A stretch of 64,000 bases of DNA from Vicugna vicugna (lineage: Eukaryota): positions 1,526,167-1,590,166 of the forward strand of contig MU058451.1 of NCBI GenBank assembly GCA_013265495.1. Direction: 5' to 3'. Each line of letters opens with the position of its first letter. The stretch's first letter is position 1. The position numbers and the translations under genes were made by a program. Below are positions 52,601 through 63,230 of the stretch, piece after piece. The notes beneath the pieces are model-generated. The model had not been told where the DNA came from, ran no database searches, and saw nothing but the letters and a program-made list of their open reading frames with translations.

Positions 52601-55600
52601 AAGCAATTTCCCTGATGGGAATTTAACTGAAGACCTGTTATTCCTCACCTGCTGACTACTGGACAAGAATCTATAGATCATTAACCGGTCTTCATTTTAT
52701 ATGAAATCTAACAATAATTAGCTCATGTAAGTGTGTCTCGCAAAAGAGAAGTCTTTGAATTGGCCTACTAGAGGCCTTTCCTCTTGCAGCATGACTATGA
52801 TAAAACTATACCATGTGCTTACAATTAAATTGTTTAAAAACGAATTTCTTAAGCAAGCTGTTTCCTAAAAATCTTGACTTAAAAAGAAAGGCACACAGAG
52901 CCCCTTGTTGAGAGAATGTGCCCCAATGTGTCAGTAAATCAGCAAATTAGGTTCACTAATTAGCTCTGCTCATAAAAGAAAATTACACTGAAAGTTTAGG
53001 TCCTAAGTACAAACAGGGAGATTATCGAAGGACAGTGAGAACACACGATTCAGTCTATGGATGTGAGGCACGTTCATGTGCTGTTCTTCACAAACTCTGG
53101 ATTCACGTGCGAAGTAACTCACCCAAGTCTATAAGGAGGGGTTTGCTCTCTCTGACTTCTTAGAATCTTGCATCATAGATTTGGAGCATCTATTAGGTAT
53201 GACTGCTCACAGCCGTAAGCACAATCTTTCCTAAAGCTGTGTTAAATTGGATAAGGCAGGGGCCCAGACAGAGCAACAAAACTGTGCGCCCATTTCAAAT
53301 TCAGTCACGACCAGGCAAGTCTGGAGGCTCGCAGGTGAGGCCTCCGGAGGTCCCTGTCATGAGAATCCCGGAAGCCTCACGGGAGGGTCAAACCACTGGA
53401 CACTTTGAGGTTAAGCCCCAAGAACACCTGCAGGCCTGCAGGCTACTAAGAAGCGAGGCCAGCCCCCAACCCCAGAGCCAGCATGCCCCGGGGCACACGG
53501 TGTATCTGGGCAAGAACTTGAGCTGACATAGGGCTAGCTATTTTTTCCTTTGCAAACACAAGGTAGTGGTGGAAGGTCTGGGGAAAGGCTGGACAATGGA
53601 GCAGCATTTGAAATTGGCAAGAACTGGTGGGTTACACCTGACCCCTGGGCGTAACTGGGAGAGGCAGGCCCCTGGGACTGCTATTGGCCAGCGCACAGAG
53701 AGACCCTCCTCCAAGTTCCCTCCTCCTCTTCTATTCTCTTCATCTCTGGTGAAGCAGAGGGGCTCGAAAATATTTTTAGATGAAATTGTGGCTGGTAAGA
53801 CCACGCAAAGGAGAGACAACTAATTTCAATTCTCTTGTAACCCTAATTTTATCTTGTTCTGGTGTCACTTAGGAAAATTTTTGTTATATCCACCTTCTAG
53901 TTTATAAAATAGTTATGGGTTTATTTCTAAACTTTCTTTTCTATTTCTATGTGATACCTACCTTTCTGTATTTGTTAGTCTGAAGATTTCCTTTTTTTAT
54001 TGAAATATAGTCAGTTTACAATGTTGCGTTAATTTCTGGTGTACAGTATAGTGATTCAGTTATATATGTATGGATATTATATATATATTCTTATATATAT
54101 ACACACACACTATATACACTATATATTCTTTTTCACCTTCTTTTTCATTATAGACTATTACAAGGTATTGAATATAGTTCTCTGTGCTATACAGTAGGAC
54201 CTTGTTGTTTATCTGTTTTATATATTGTAGTTAGTATCCACAAATCCCAAACTTGCAATTTATGCCTCCAACCCCTCAGTCCTTTCTCCTCTGGTAACCA
54301 TAAGTTGGTTTTCTATGTCTGTGCGTCTGTTTCTGTTTTGTAAATAAGTTCATTTGTGTCATTTTTTTAGACTCCACATGTAAGTGATCTCATGTGGTAT
54401 TTTTCTTTCTTGTTCTGGCTTACTAGTCTAAAGATTTCTGATTTCTAATTAACAGTAGCCTTTCAACTGTTACCTTCCTTTGAATTCCCAAATCACACTT
54501 TCAGAGCAAAGATTAATGAAGTCAATGGGCATTTGTTTCTGAAAAGAGCCTTCGGAGGAAGCCTGAGAGTTCTTTGGGGAAACAGATGGCATCTCTGGGG
54601 GGCCCTGCAGTCACTGGTGGCCCAGCCCAGACGGTACAGAAGCAGCACCTGGCTCATGAATAATGCAGACAGTGAGAAAAACAGACAGCCTATTGCCAGA
54701 GGATTTCCCAATAACCTCCAAATGGGGGCTGCCCTGACTCCTCTTCTTAGACACTGAGAGGAAAGTGTTTGGACGAAAGGGAGCATGGAACTCATGGACA
54801 TCCCTGAGATCTCTTTGGTGATTTATAGACAAAATAGGTTTGGGTGTGGAATGATGAACTGAATATTTTTGTCCCTCAAAGTTCCTATATTGAAATTCCA
54901 GTTCCCAGCGTGGTGGTAGTGGGACGTGGGGCATTTAGGAGGAGATTAGGTCATGAGAGCGGAGCCCTGCCCTGCCAGACCTGCCAGTACTTTGACCTTG
55001 GACAACCCAGCCTCCAGAAGTGTGAGAAATACCTGTGTGTGGCTTAAGCTACCCAGTCCACGGTACTCTGTTATAGTAGCCCAAACTGGCTAAGACAGGT
55101 GCTTCTCCAATAGCCAAGTTACCTGCACTATTGTTTCTACAGGACAACTTACTGTAAGTTCCAAATCGCCTGCCTTAGAAATGAATTTCTGGAACATGAG
55201 CCATTTGTAAATTGCATTTCTCTTTAAGTCAGGATGGGTATTTTCTAGTGTGTCTGTGAGATTCTGTGATGTAGTTTAAAAGCCATGGCCTAAATGCTTT
55301 AGGCATTTACCAAAGTTTCTTCTGTTTGACCAAACTCACTCCCTTGGAAAAAAATAAGAAATTTCCCAGTAGTAGTATTCTGTCTTCTGCCAAGACATGC
55401 CATCCACTAAGGTGTGTCATCCACACTAACAAAAACAGTAAATCATAATTACTTTCTCTGTCTCCACTGAGGCACTCATCACTTTCTTCCCTGAACCATG
55501 AAATCGGTCAGGTGAAAGCAGTAAAGCCTGGACTTGCAAACATAAAGATGGGAACAACATTCCTAATTCTTGCTTCCACCACCTAATTCTCATGTGATAA

Positions 55601-58600
55601 TTAGGCAGGTTACTCCATTTTCTCTCTGCCTCAGTTTCCTCAGCTATGAAATGGGGATAACAACAGTCTTACTTTATAGATTTTTTTAAAAATGAGGATG
55701 TGAAAAATGAAAACATAGAAAGCTCTTAGAAAAACACTGGTACGTAAGAACTGGTCGATCATGATGAGACTGTTGTTATTCTCATTGGCATCATCATCAT
55801 CACCATCGTCATCAGTCCATCAGAAGAAAAGCCCACGTTGAAATCATTACATGTTGAAAAGCCCTGGTGGCTTGGTTGGCCATCCTGGCCCCAGAGGACA
55901 CCACTGGACATGGGTCCTGGCTCGAGCTACGAGGGTTGGTGCCTGGGGAGCCATCGGCAGCCTTACCTTCAGCACCTCGTTGTGCAGGCCCTGCGCAGCC
56001 ACGTGCAGCGGAGCCATCAGGTTGTAGTTCCGGAGGTTTGGGTTGGCTCCTTGGAGAAGGAGAAACTTAACACTTTCAACCTGGTTCTTTTCTGCAGCCC
56101 AGTGCAGAGGGGTATTTCCATAATCATCCATAACATTCAGTTCTAGAAAAAGACACCAAAATCTGGGTTAGACTTTGTTTGGACCATATTCAACTCCTAC
56201 TGCATGCCTAGTCACTTCAGAGCTCAGTGCCCCTGCAGCTGGCTTCACCTTCTCTATGAAAAATAAAATATAGCTTCAGTTCTCAAGAAATATCTAATGG
56301 ACACCCTTGGGGATGCACATAAGTATGGCACTGACTTTGTCGAATGAGTTAGATACTGAGCTACAAGCATCCTTAAGAAACTGACCCTCCTAGTGCTGCA
56401 TGTTTTTATCTGTGGTATGAATTTGGGGATTGCTACAAAGCATAGAGCTAATATAAAAGTAATAGCTGTATGCCAGGCACTCTACTAAGCTCTGCACAAC
56501 CCTCATTTCATTCAGCTTCCAACAGCCTACAGAGAACCATGACCATTTTTCAAAAAAATCAGGAAAGATGAGACCTAAGGAGGTTCAAAATCCTGCCAAC
56601 ATTACATGGATAGTAAGGGGTTCTGTAAGTTGACGTACCTCTTTGAACCTCAGTTTTCTCATATTCAAATTTGGTGGAAGGAAGGAAGAAACTAAAGAAA
56701 GAAGGGGAAGAGGGAAGGAGGGAAAAAGATACGTATACCGTGCAATGTTAGGAGACGACTGTCCCATAATGTCTTCAAAGATCTTAGTGGAGTGTTTGGC
56801 CCATTGCAATGGTTCAAAAAAAATGTTAATGAAAAAAAAAAGACACACCACTAATAAACCACAGGACTGGACTTGGAGCTCGGGCCCTTGATGCCACCCA
56901 TGCATGGTTTGCACATGTTTCTACAGCACAATATACTATACTACTTACCCTGTGAGCTCAGCAGAAGATGTGCTGTTTGATACTGCAGTTTTTTATACCT
57001 ATTCTAAAACAGATATGACTATCAATTTTAACAACCATTTAATTAGTGGCAGTACATTTTTATGTCTGAAGAGGGGGAAACATGCCCATTTAGAAATAGG
57101 ACTTAGGGACCATCTACAACACCTAGGACTGTGCTGCACCCACATTTCCCATTTCTCTCCCGTTAAAAATGCATCCTTCTACTACCTCCTTTCATTCATC
57201 CAAGTGCCTCACTCTCAGCAACACAGGCACACACACACTCATAGCCTCACACACTCGTATCCTCACACACATCCCTTGACCATTCTGTCCGATCAAGACA
57301 AAGCATTCCATCTGTCATTGCATTCAGCACCCAGCCTAATTAAACTTGGGCCTAAACTTAACAAACTCCCATTCACTAATTAAATAACTTGAATTTGGCT
57401 TTTATCTCCAGCACTTTTTGGAAATCATTTGTACAGAGGTCGTGGAGGCCTTCCAACGTCAAGGTTATTGTGATCTTCTTCCTATTCAATCTCTTCATGG
57501 TACCTGACCTTTTGAACTCCTCTCTCCCAGTGACTTACTTCTCCTTTGGCTTGTGTTCATCATCTCTTATTCATCACTGTCTTCACCATCCTTTTTCTGG
57601 CTTTTCTTCTGTCCTCCAACCCTGAACGTTGGTGATCTACCCTTGGCTAACTCTGTTGGCAATTTTTTGGTCTCCTAAAGGATTTTCATGCATTTCCACA
57701 GTTTGAGCTACTTCCTATACAACAATGCCCCTGTGGTGTGACTCCTTTCCTTCTAAATTTCTCATCCACTGGACACTAGATATTAGGCTACGAGTCTACT
57801 GAATATTTCCAAGTCAGTGTCTCCTGGGCCTTTTACCCTCACGCTCACTTTTCTTGTGTTTGCTTACTTGCTTTCTTTTCTGGGAAGTTATACCATTAAC
57901 CTCATTCCAAATTGGGAATCTCAAAGTCAGTTCAACCCCTTGCCACTCACCCCTCACCTTCAGTCTTTGTCAAGCACTGTTCACTCTACATGCAGAATAG
58001 CTCCTGAATCTCTCCCTGTCTCCCTGTTCCAACCTCAAAACCTTGGGGGACTCTCATTTCTCTGTATTCTAAAATAGGCTTTTAATTAACATTCCACTTC
58101 CAATCCACCTGCCGTAATATTGACAGAATTATCTTAACTAATAAAGGTCTTGTCACAGCACCTCACTGCTTAAATCTCTGGGGCACCCCCCTTCCTCATT
58201 TGACTACAGTTGAGTTTCTCAAACAAGGCTGGGTATACACGGCTGGGGAGGGTGTTACATCCTCTGGGGGTCTCATTTTTATTCAATGATAAGCAGTTTA
58301 AGTGTAGAATGACCTCAGTGGAAATAGTATAGAATAATACATAAAATGCATATGAATTTTTATAATAGGTCATTAGAAAGTCTGTGTTTGCAGTGGGCTG
58401 TCCCAGGTCTCTGCATTATCCCCTGCAGTTTCTCAGTAGAAAGCACTGAGGAGCACGGCCTGCACGGAAAGCCACCCTCCTGAGTGAGAGATTCATGCCC
58501 TTGATAATCTGGGATGAATCTACCCTTCGGAACCCCTTCATCCCACTTCCTAGTGAACCGAATGGGACAATGGATTTAGGGAGTACGTGTCGTAACATTC

Positions 58601-61600
58601 TGTTACCTTCACAAGAGGAGTCACTAACGATCATCTCCATCAGCTCCACTTCACCTTCCTCCGCAGCGTGATGCAAAGGGGAGGCATTCGTATCATTGTA
58701 TTTTTTCAATCTGTTTTGCTTCTTCATGAAGTTTTGTAAACCACATGCATTTTCCTCAAAAACCACCTAAAAGTGTATTTAAAAAATTGCTACCTTAAAT
58801 AAGCATATGTAAAACTTACTAATATAAGTTACCCATTAAGAGATTATCAACTAAAACTAGTTATCATGCTCACAATAAATTTTTTTTTGAAAACCATAAA
58901 ATGCTTAGACATATAGAAGGTGCTAGCAGATGCTGAAACATTGTTAAGGACATTAAATAAATGACTGGATTTTCTGATCATAAACCTGTACAGGTTGTAG
59001 AAATAAAAGCCTTGAAAAGGGTTTTAAAGTGAGAGTAAGGGATGTGAGCTGGGAAAAATGAAGTCTAATGAAAACAGAGGAATTTTCTCTGCCAGATGAA
59101 AACTGTCCGGAAACTACAGCATGAGGGATTTTAGTTAGATAAAAAGATTTTCATGCATGCAAGGATTAAGTGCAGGAATCTAAATTACTGTGGCCTTCCT
59201 GTTGATGGCCAGTTCCCATCCCTTGTGTCCTTAGATAATGGAGCTAGAACCATATTGAAGGATCAGCATGTAACTCACTTGGTCAGTAATCTAGAACAGC
59301 TGCCCACTCTCCTCTGGGAATGAACAATTCCTCCTCTTTTGCCTACTGGGATCCTACACCAGGCCAGGGCAGGACAGGTTCACTTCCTCATCGTTCTCTG
59401 CACGCAGGAAGGGCTAGTATTATTGTGCACTTAGTGCCAGAGATCAGGACACAGAGGTTACATCATTTGCCCAAAGGCACACAGTAAGGGGCAGAGTTAG
59501 ACTTTGAATAGCAGGTGCATGGCATACGGATTTTGGCTGACTGATGAAGGTCAAAAACCAGCCTACAGCAGAAACTGAAGCTGAGGTCAAAATCACCACC
59601 CTAGAATGAACTGTGTGATACAGGAAGATACTAAAGCATAAGAACTGACTTTGAAGAGCAGACTCAGTAAGTTCTGGGCATAGTTGACAGCTGTCATTGG
59701 CCTGTAAAAGTGTAATTCCAAACAGATGTTCATTTCCACTGATGTCAGGAGGAGCAAGAACTTTCTAGAATATCTTATTTTTCTCTAACACTTTTCCTTC
59801 AGGCTTTTTATATTCTTTATTATGACTGCACTGAAGTTGATTTGTCATGGATGACATCAGGTTTCTTCCTTGTGAAATTCTGAGGTGACTATGGACATTT
59901 TGATTTTGATTCATTCTTACAAGATATGAAACCTTCCCAAATAGAACTTTTTCTTGAAAACCTCATGGCCTAAATAGAATAAACTTGCCAAAAATTAAAC
60001 TAATCTTTAAAAATCATTTTATTTAAGGTTATTCATGTTACTATAGCAACCAAAACTTCACAAAAGCCTTCAGGTCATAAACTTTCTTCCATTATCCTGC
60101 CTTTCATTATTATTTAAATTTTAATATATGTTTTGGATCAAAAGTATATTCTGGTCTCCCTAAAATTAATAATGCATCCTCTCTTAATATCTATATTAAC
60201 TAACAACCTAGTTCCCTATTCAACTACTTGAAAATTCTAAATATCCATTTCCATACAGAAAATTAAGAATTTTCAAAATCAATATAGTCATATTTAATTA
60301 TACTTCAACTGATTGACAAGATTTTTATCCAAAATTGCTTCTAGAATTCTTGCCTATATTTTAAAATGAATATTTAGGTATTATCAATAAATATGAATGA
60401 CTCATTTTATTCCTAACATTTTTACATTGTTTAGCTGTGATGGTATCATTGATCACATACCAGTTCAGAGACCCCAGAAATGGCATCAAATCAGGTATTC
60501 TGATATTTGGTAGATCACGTTTAAAGAAGCTAATTCTGACTAAGCCCTTTAAAATGGAGCTATCAAATACGTCTGTTTTAGGTTGCCTTAGTGAAATACA
60601 TACAAGCAGCAATGGGGCAAAAAGACAGAAATACAATGAGAGAAATAACAAAGAGAGATTATAACTATGAGGAATTATAGCAAATGAAAGATCAAATGCT
60701 AAAGTATTAAGTCTCTTGAAAGAAAGTCATTGGAAAAGGTTAAAGGCATCGGTTAGATGGTTCTTCTTCCACATTTCTCATCTCGTAAGGTTTCTGCTAT
60801 CCTTCAATTCTGTCCGTATTCCTGAGTCAGTGTGTGTGTGCTGGAGAAAATATTATACTCCATGTCTTCTTAACTAGGAAACCCTTAGAATTTGGTAATA
60901 AGATAAAATGTATAAATCCTTCCATCTACAAGCTCTACCATAGCTTTTAAAAGCCTTAAGTAACATAAGCACCTCCACTTGACTTAGGCAGTAAAACTAA
61001 ATAGAAACAATTAAACAAAAATATGAAGAAAAATAAGTTTGAGACTTTGTGCTGCAGAAACCCCTCACTAATATCTCTAGAAAACAAAAACCGCATCAGG
61101 AAACAAGGAAGTAGTTCTGGCGTGATTTTCGAAATTTAAAAATTTCTTCCTGTCACTTAATATTAATTCAAAGACACTATCCTAGTGCTTGATGTTCTCT
61201 TATGACCTCAGTTCTTTTTATTAAGTCAAAAGACCATGGTTAATATACTAATATTAAGGAGGAGAAAAAAGTCAATGTTTAATTTGGATGTGCAGGTACA
61301 CTCGCCTTGGGAGGCCGGGTTTGTTGCTGTATGTGATTACTACTCACGCCTGACTCACACATGATTGAAAACAGTGTCAATCCATGCGACCTGTTTAGAG
61401 GGCAACTTGGCAAATTCTACTCTTGATCCTGCTAAGACTTTAACATACATACATACTCACTAAGGCACCAGTGGACAGACAGACGAAGCCACATCTACAT
61501 TCAGAGACACTCAGTCGCATGTGTAATAGCAAAACAAAACAAAATAAACACCACCTAAGTGTCCAGGTTGCAGGACTGGTTAAATAAAGCATGACACATT

Positions 61601-62780
61601 TATACAAGGGAATACTATAAAGCTGCTAAAAAGAGTGAGGTGTATCTCCAGGTGCTGATTTAAAAAGTATTCTAAAATATATTCATGAGTAAATCCCTGT
61701 GCAAATGTCATACTTTGTTAACTAAAAAGATGTATCAACGTGTGTGTATTTGTATAAGCACTTTTTCCCTCCTGGAAAACACATAAGGAAATGTTAACGT
61801 GGTTCCACCACCTTAAGAGATTTGTGGCGGGAATTAGAGAGACACTTTTAATTCTATTTTAACGTTTAGAAAGAGATCCTTCTATTGACAATGCGTGGAA
61901 ATCCAGTGGCAAGTTTTCTGAGCATATGACGACCTCTGCCCTCAGACTGCGCTATCAGGCGGCAGGGAGAGCTGGTGCTGCCTTTCAGTCAGAGTGACCC
62001 GGAACCGCAGAAGAAACAGAAGCCCCATCTTAGCCCTTAGGACCTCCTGCAGACCACCTACCCAGCCTCGGAGGTTTCCTCCCCCACAGTCCCTCCTGAC
62101 TCCCTCACCCTCTGGAGGAATCCGCCTGTCCAGCCATTCCCTGAAACGCTTCCCTGGCAGGTGCTGGTTTCTCTGTTCGTCTCAAGAGACAAGTATGCTT
62201 CTGAAGCCCCCAAACACCTCTTGAATAGCTATCCGACTACTAGATACAGCATCTCGTTGTTTGGTTCTAAATAACATCTGGAAAAAGGTCAAGCGAAAAG
62301 GCGCACGCTCCGAAACTGGCCTGATTTTAGGTAGTTGCCTGATTCTGCCAAACGCCAAGGGTCGTTTGGGGGTAGGTGTCCCCAGACTGCAGCTGCCCAT
62401 CACGAGCAAGAACTGGTTGACAGCAAGCAAGCAGAAAGAAGGGACGAAGCAGGCACCGGGTGGGCACCTTAATAACGCGGTCGCTCGAGCTCCCCGCATC
62501 CTGAGCGGGGCCGGTCTTGGACCACACACACACCCGGAAGCAAGCAGCCCGGGCTTCCCAGCCCGGGGCTGCCCGCTAGGAAACCTCGACTCGAGGAGGG
62601 CAAAGTTATGAAGAGCCGACCCCCCGCCTGGACTTCGGAGCCAGTCCCGACCACCGATGGCCCGGGTACCTTAAAAGAGTCCTTGGAGTCGTCCATGTCG
62701 TCCTCCACTCCCTGGTAGACGACGCCCTGGGGCTCCTTCTTCTCCCCCGGGCGCAGCATCTTCCTCAGGCTGCGCTTCAT
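12481..62780 (-). CDS. TRPA1: TRPA1 gene span (27 coding exons, 3363 nt, 1120 aa): ankyrin-repeat TRP cation channel
   Basis: Spliced translation begins [22 protein letters not shown] and runs through the ankyrin repeats, reactive-cysteine linker, six TM segments, pore (MLGD), TRP-like helix and coiled coil to KAKTQCP-TAG. All 26 introns are GT-AG and phases close without frameshift. Confidence 0.99.
13347..13447 (-). CDS. TRPA1: TRPA1 exon 26 (101 nt)
   Basis: [33 protein letters not shown](R); CAG/GTATG. Confidence 0.94.
13520..13655 (-). mobile_element. Short LINE-1 3' end
   Basis: ttttaattgaagtatagttgattttcaatgttgtgttagtttctggtgtacagcaaagtgattcag. Confidence 0.75.
15160..15273 (-). CDS. 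TRPA1: TRPA1 exon 25 (114 nt)
   Basis: [46 protein letters not shown]. Confidence 0.96.
16727..17716. repeat. Tandem 495-bp duplication (16727-17221 and 17222-17716)
   Basis: aagcccctcaagatacgcataacc… recurs at 16727 and 17222. The ~250-bp unique part differs at about one base (cacgg vs cactg). Confidence 0.95.
17476..18991. repeat. 99-bp minisatellite, about 15 copies, central copies apparently identical
   Basis: Unit gtccagagtggacggctggatagccaaagacgggtaagatcctcagaggagggcaacctaagacaggcacagccggctggatgagacgtggcctaaagt. Period 99 (for example 17761 to 17860), matching the 33-aa repeat in ORF 17501-18967. Confidence 0.98.
21115..21183 (-). CDS. TRPA1: TRPA1 exon 24 (69 nt), end of S6 and TRP-like helix
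   Basis: [31 protein letters not shown]. Confidence 0.96.
22099..23580 (+). mobile_element. Young 5'-truncated LINE-1 (ORF2 C-terminus, 3'UTR, A-tail)
   Basis: ORF 22477-23256 has the L1 ORF2 C-terminal motifs [18 protein letters not shown] and [19 protein letters not shown] plus A-tail near 23563. TSD about AATTTTTTTT(T)AATTT at 22045-22060 and 23580-23594. Confidence 0.95.
23900..24610. mobile_element. L2 LINE relic
   Basis: Purine-rich L2-like motifs (gagctgagcattgaa…gccagatcatg…tgggatatgcaggtggagatg); boundaries approximate. Confidence 0.5.
25599..25781 (-). CDS. TRPA1: TRPA1 exon 23 (183 nt), pore and S6
   Basis: [69 protein letters not shown]. Confidence 0.97.
26193..26322 (-). CDS. 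TRPA1: TRPA1 exon 22 (130 nt), S4-S5 linker and S5
   Basis: [51 protein letters not shown]. Confidence 0.97.
27527..27729 (+). mobile_element. MER20-like hAT element
   Basis: ggtgatttt…tttggcaat…gggcagaggtcagggatgctgctgaacattctac…gtgccaaggttgagaaaccctg. Confidence 0.8.
27910..28079 (-). CDS. TRPA1: TRPA1 exon 21 (170 nt), S3-S4
   Basis: [56 protein letters not shown](R); CAG/GTAAA. Confidence 0.96.
29479..29568 (-). CDS. TRPA1: TRPA1 exon 20 (90 nt), S2
   Basis: [40 protein letters not shown]. Confidence 0.96.
29820..30060 (-). mobile_element. L1MB-like 3' end
   Basis: T-run, tgtggtaaaatacatataacctaaaatttaccatt…gtggcattaagcatattcacaatgtt. Confidence 0.75.
30449..30611 (-). CDS. TRPA1: TRPA1 exon 19 (163 nt), S1
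   Basis: [62 protein letters not shown]. Confidence 0.97.
31155..31225 (-). CDS. TRPA1: TRPA1 exon 18 (71 nt)
   Basis: [23 protein letters not shown](W); CAG/GTGGGT. Confidence 0.96.
31728..32130 (+). mobile_element. Probable LINE-1 5'UTR fragment
   Basis: gaggaagtgaagtcaacaagaagtggactagga…ctttgtgagaagtctagaagccagttaagagg resembles old L1 5' ends (from memory). Confidence 0.45.
32796..33000 (+). mobile_element. MER3-like hAT element
   Basis: cagtgctgtccgatggaattttctccagtgatggaaatgtcctctatctgtgct…tattagacagagcag, flanked by tctaga. Confidence 0.75.
33836..33934 (-). CDS. TRPA1: TRPA1 exon 17 (99 nt), includes the C665-equivalent
   Basis: [41 protein letters not shown]. Confidence 0.96.
34455..34514 (-). 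CDS. TRPA1: TRPA1 exon 16 (60 nt), includes the C641-equivalent
   Basis: [28 protein letters not shown]. Confidence 0.95.
36826..36890. repeat. 33-bp direct duplication
   Basis: gggttgggtagaggcac(a/g)tgcaga occurs twice in tandem. Confidence 0.85.
37492..37585 (-). CDS. TRPA1: TRPA1 exon 15 (94 nt), includes the C621-equivalent
   Basis: [41 protein letters not shown]. Confidence 0.96.
37595..37675. repeat. Compound (AAT)n/(TAT)n/(AAT)n microsatellite
   Basis: About 14 AAT, about 5 TAT, then about 5 AAT, abutting the exon 15 acceptor. Confidence 0.95.
38950..39810 (+). mobile_element. Older LINE-1 ORF2 3' fragment, frameshifted, with (TA)n
   Basis: atgggacctaattaaacttaaaagcatttgcacagcaaagg…ggaatactattcagccataaaaa…aagtgaaataagtcagacagagaaa. 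Confidence 0.9.
39873..40039 (-). CDS. TRPA1: TRPA1 exon 14 (167 nt)
   Basis: [62 protein letters not shown]. Confidence 0.96.
40972..41086 (-). CDS. TRPA1: TRPA1 exon 13 (115 nt)
   Basis: [46 protein letters not shown]. Confidence 0.96.
41270..41590 (+). mobile_element. L1MA-type 3' end
   Basis: ggatgaaggtagtcaaaaggtacaaactcccagttataagataaataa…aattatatctccaaaa. Confidence 0.8.
42923..43087 (-). CDS. TRPA1: TRPA1 exon 12 (165 nt)
   Basis: [61 protein letters not shown]. Confidence 0.97.
43171..43340 (-). CDS. TRPA1: TRPA1 exon 11 (170 nt)
   Basis: [63 protein letters not shown]. Confidence 0.97.
43790..43935 (+). mobile_element. tRNA-derived SINE (camelid Vic-1-like)
   Basis: ggggaaggtatagctcaaatggtagagcacatgcttagcatgcacaaggtcctggattcaacccccagtacctcc with A- and B-boxes, then aataaat…cctaattacccccc and an A-rich tail. 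Confidence 0.88.
44480..44580 (-). CDS. TRPA1: TRPA1 exon 10 (101 nt)
   Basis: [43 protein letters not shown]. Confidence 0.96.
45226..45325 (-). CDS. TRPA1: TRPA1 exon 9 (100 nt)
   Basis: [43 protein letters not shown]. Confidence 0.96.
45671..45747 (+). mobile_element. Truncated tRNA-derived SINE of the same family
   Basis: gggagtgggtaatagctaaggggtagagctcgtgcttagcaggcacaaggtcctggattcaatccccagtacctcc. Confidence 0.8.
45801..45990 (+). mobile_element. LINE-1 3' end with perfect 18-bp TSD
   Basis: …gttgtaacctgaaactaatataatgtcaattat…ctcaataaaaa; TSD AAGAAATTGTTCACTTTT at 45783-45800 and 45991-46008. Confidence 0.88.
47025..47198 (-). mobile_element. LINE-1 3' end with degenerate TSD
   Basis: ttttattgagatataattg…gtttaaggcgtacagc; flanks tgcaa(a/g)t(g/a)tatcaatcatctt at 47001 and 47201. 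Confidence 0.75.
47350..47398 (-). CDS. TRPA1: TRPA1 exon 8 (49 nt)
   Basis: [28 protein letters not shown]. Confidence 0.95.
48370..48535. mobile_element. MER5-like hAT relic
   Basis: ggtttctaaa…ttggaatca…gttctaatgtgcag…tttgagactctctggtctag. Confidence 0.55.
49486..49622 (-). CDS. TRPA1: TRPA1 exon 7 (137 nt)
   Basis: [53 protein letters not shown]. Confidence 0.96.
50095..50240 (-). CDS. TRPA1: TRPA1 exon 6 (146 nt)
   Basis: [55 protein letters not shown]. Confidence 0.96.
50426..50534 (-). CDS. TRPA1: TRPA1 exon 5 (109 nt)
   Basis: [44 protein letters not shown]. Confidence 0.97.
51854..51961 (-). CDS. TRPA1: TRPA1 exon 4 (108 nt)
   Basis: [40 protein letters not shown]. Confidence 0.96.
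53991..54423 (-). mobile_element. LINE-1 3' end with 15-bp TSD
   Basis: L1 3'UTR motifs; flanking tagtct(g/a)aagatttc at 53976-53990 and 54424-54438. Confidence 0.9.
54845..55097 (+). mobile_element. MLT1-type MaLR solo LTR, internally deleted
   Basis: …tttgtccctcaaagttcctatattgaa…ttaggtcatgag…cagcctccagaagtgtgagaaata…gttatagtagcccaaactggctaagaca. Confidence 0.8.
55560..55790 (+). mobile_element. MIR SINE
   Basis: ttaggcaggttact…ctctgcctcagtttcctcagctatgaaatggggataacaacagt. Confidence 0.7.
55967..56142 (-). CDS. TRPA1: TRPA1 exon 3 (176 nt)
   Basis: [65 protein letters not shown]. Confidence 0.97.
57450..58190. mobile_element. L2 LINE relic
   Basis: Pyrimidine-rich, degenerate L2-like ORF2 sequence; boundaries approximate. 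Confidence 0.5.
58607..58766 (-). CDS. TRPA1: TRPA1 exon 2 (160 nt)
   Basis: [17 protein letters not shown]...[26 protein letters not shown], donor G|GTAAC. Confidence 0.96.
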
Positions 62781-63230
62781 TGACCACACCCCGGACGCCA
62801 CCTGTGGCAGCTGCTCCCCGCGGGCGCGGGCACCTGGGGCGAGAGAGCGCGGGCAGCGGTGAGCGGGCGCTGGGCGCGCGGGGCGCCGTGGGGTCGCGCG
62901 TGTCGCCGGGGTCCGGGTCGGAGTCCGCGTTTACGCCCCAAAACTCCGGGCTCTTCCGCGCCCGGCTGTCCTCGTGATAAGAAAAGCTTGCTTGGCGTGA
63001 GCCCGGGAGGATTTCTGACGGGAGTTCTCCCCCAACAGGCTACTTGCAGCGCGGGAAACAGGAGGGGCACAGGGAGGGGTGGGGACGCGGACATCGTGTC
63101 CACGGACGGCCAGGGGGCGGTGGCGCCGCGTCTACAACCCGGCTCGCCCCTTTGGGCCGAAAGCGCGGCTTGGCAGTCCTGGCTGCACTTGCAGCAGCGC
63201 ACGCTCGAGTCCCCTAGGTCACCTGAGTTG
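62430..63230 (-). promoter_or_regulatory. CpG-island promoter / 5'UTR of TRPA1
   Basis: Very GC- and CpG-rich stretch spanning exon 1 and upstream. Contains a TGATAA (GATA) motif near 62975 and an NF-kB-like GGGAGTTCTCC at 63020-63030 (motif matches only). Confidence 0.85.
62670..62780 (-). CDS. TRPA1: TRPA1 coding exon 1 (111 nt)
   Basis: ATG at 62780; [37 protein letters not shown]; donor AAG|GTACCC. Confidence 0.97.

Noticed and set aside
12481..62780. TRPA1 pseudogenisation or exon loss
   Set aside because: All 27 exons are present and in frame, with canonical splice sites and retained C621, C641, C665, K710 and D915 equivalents.
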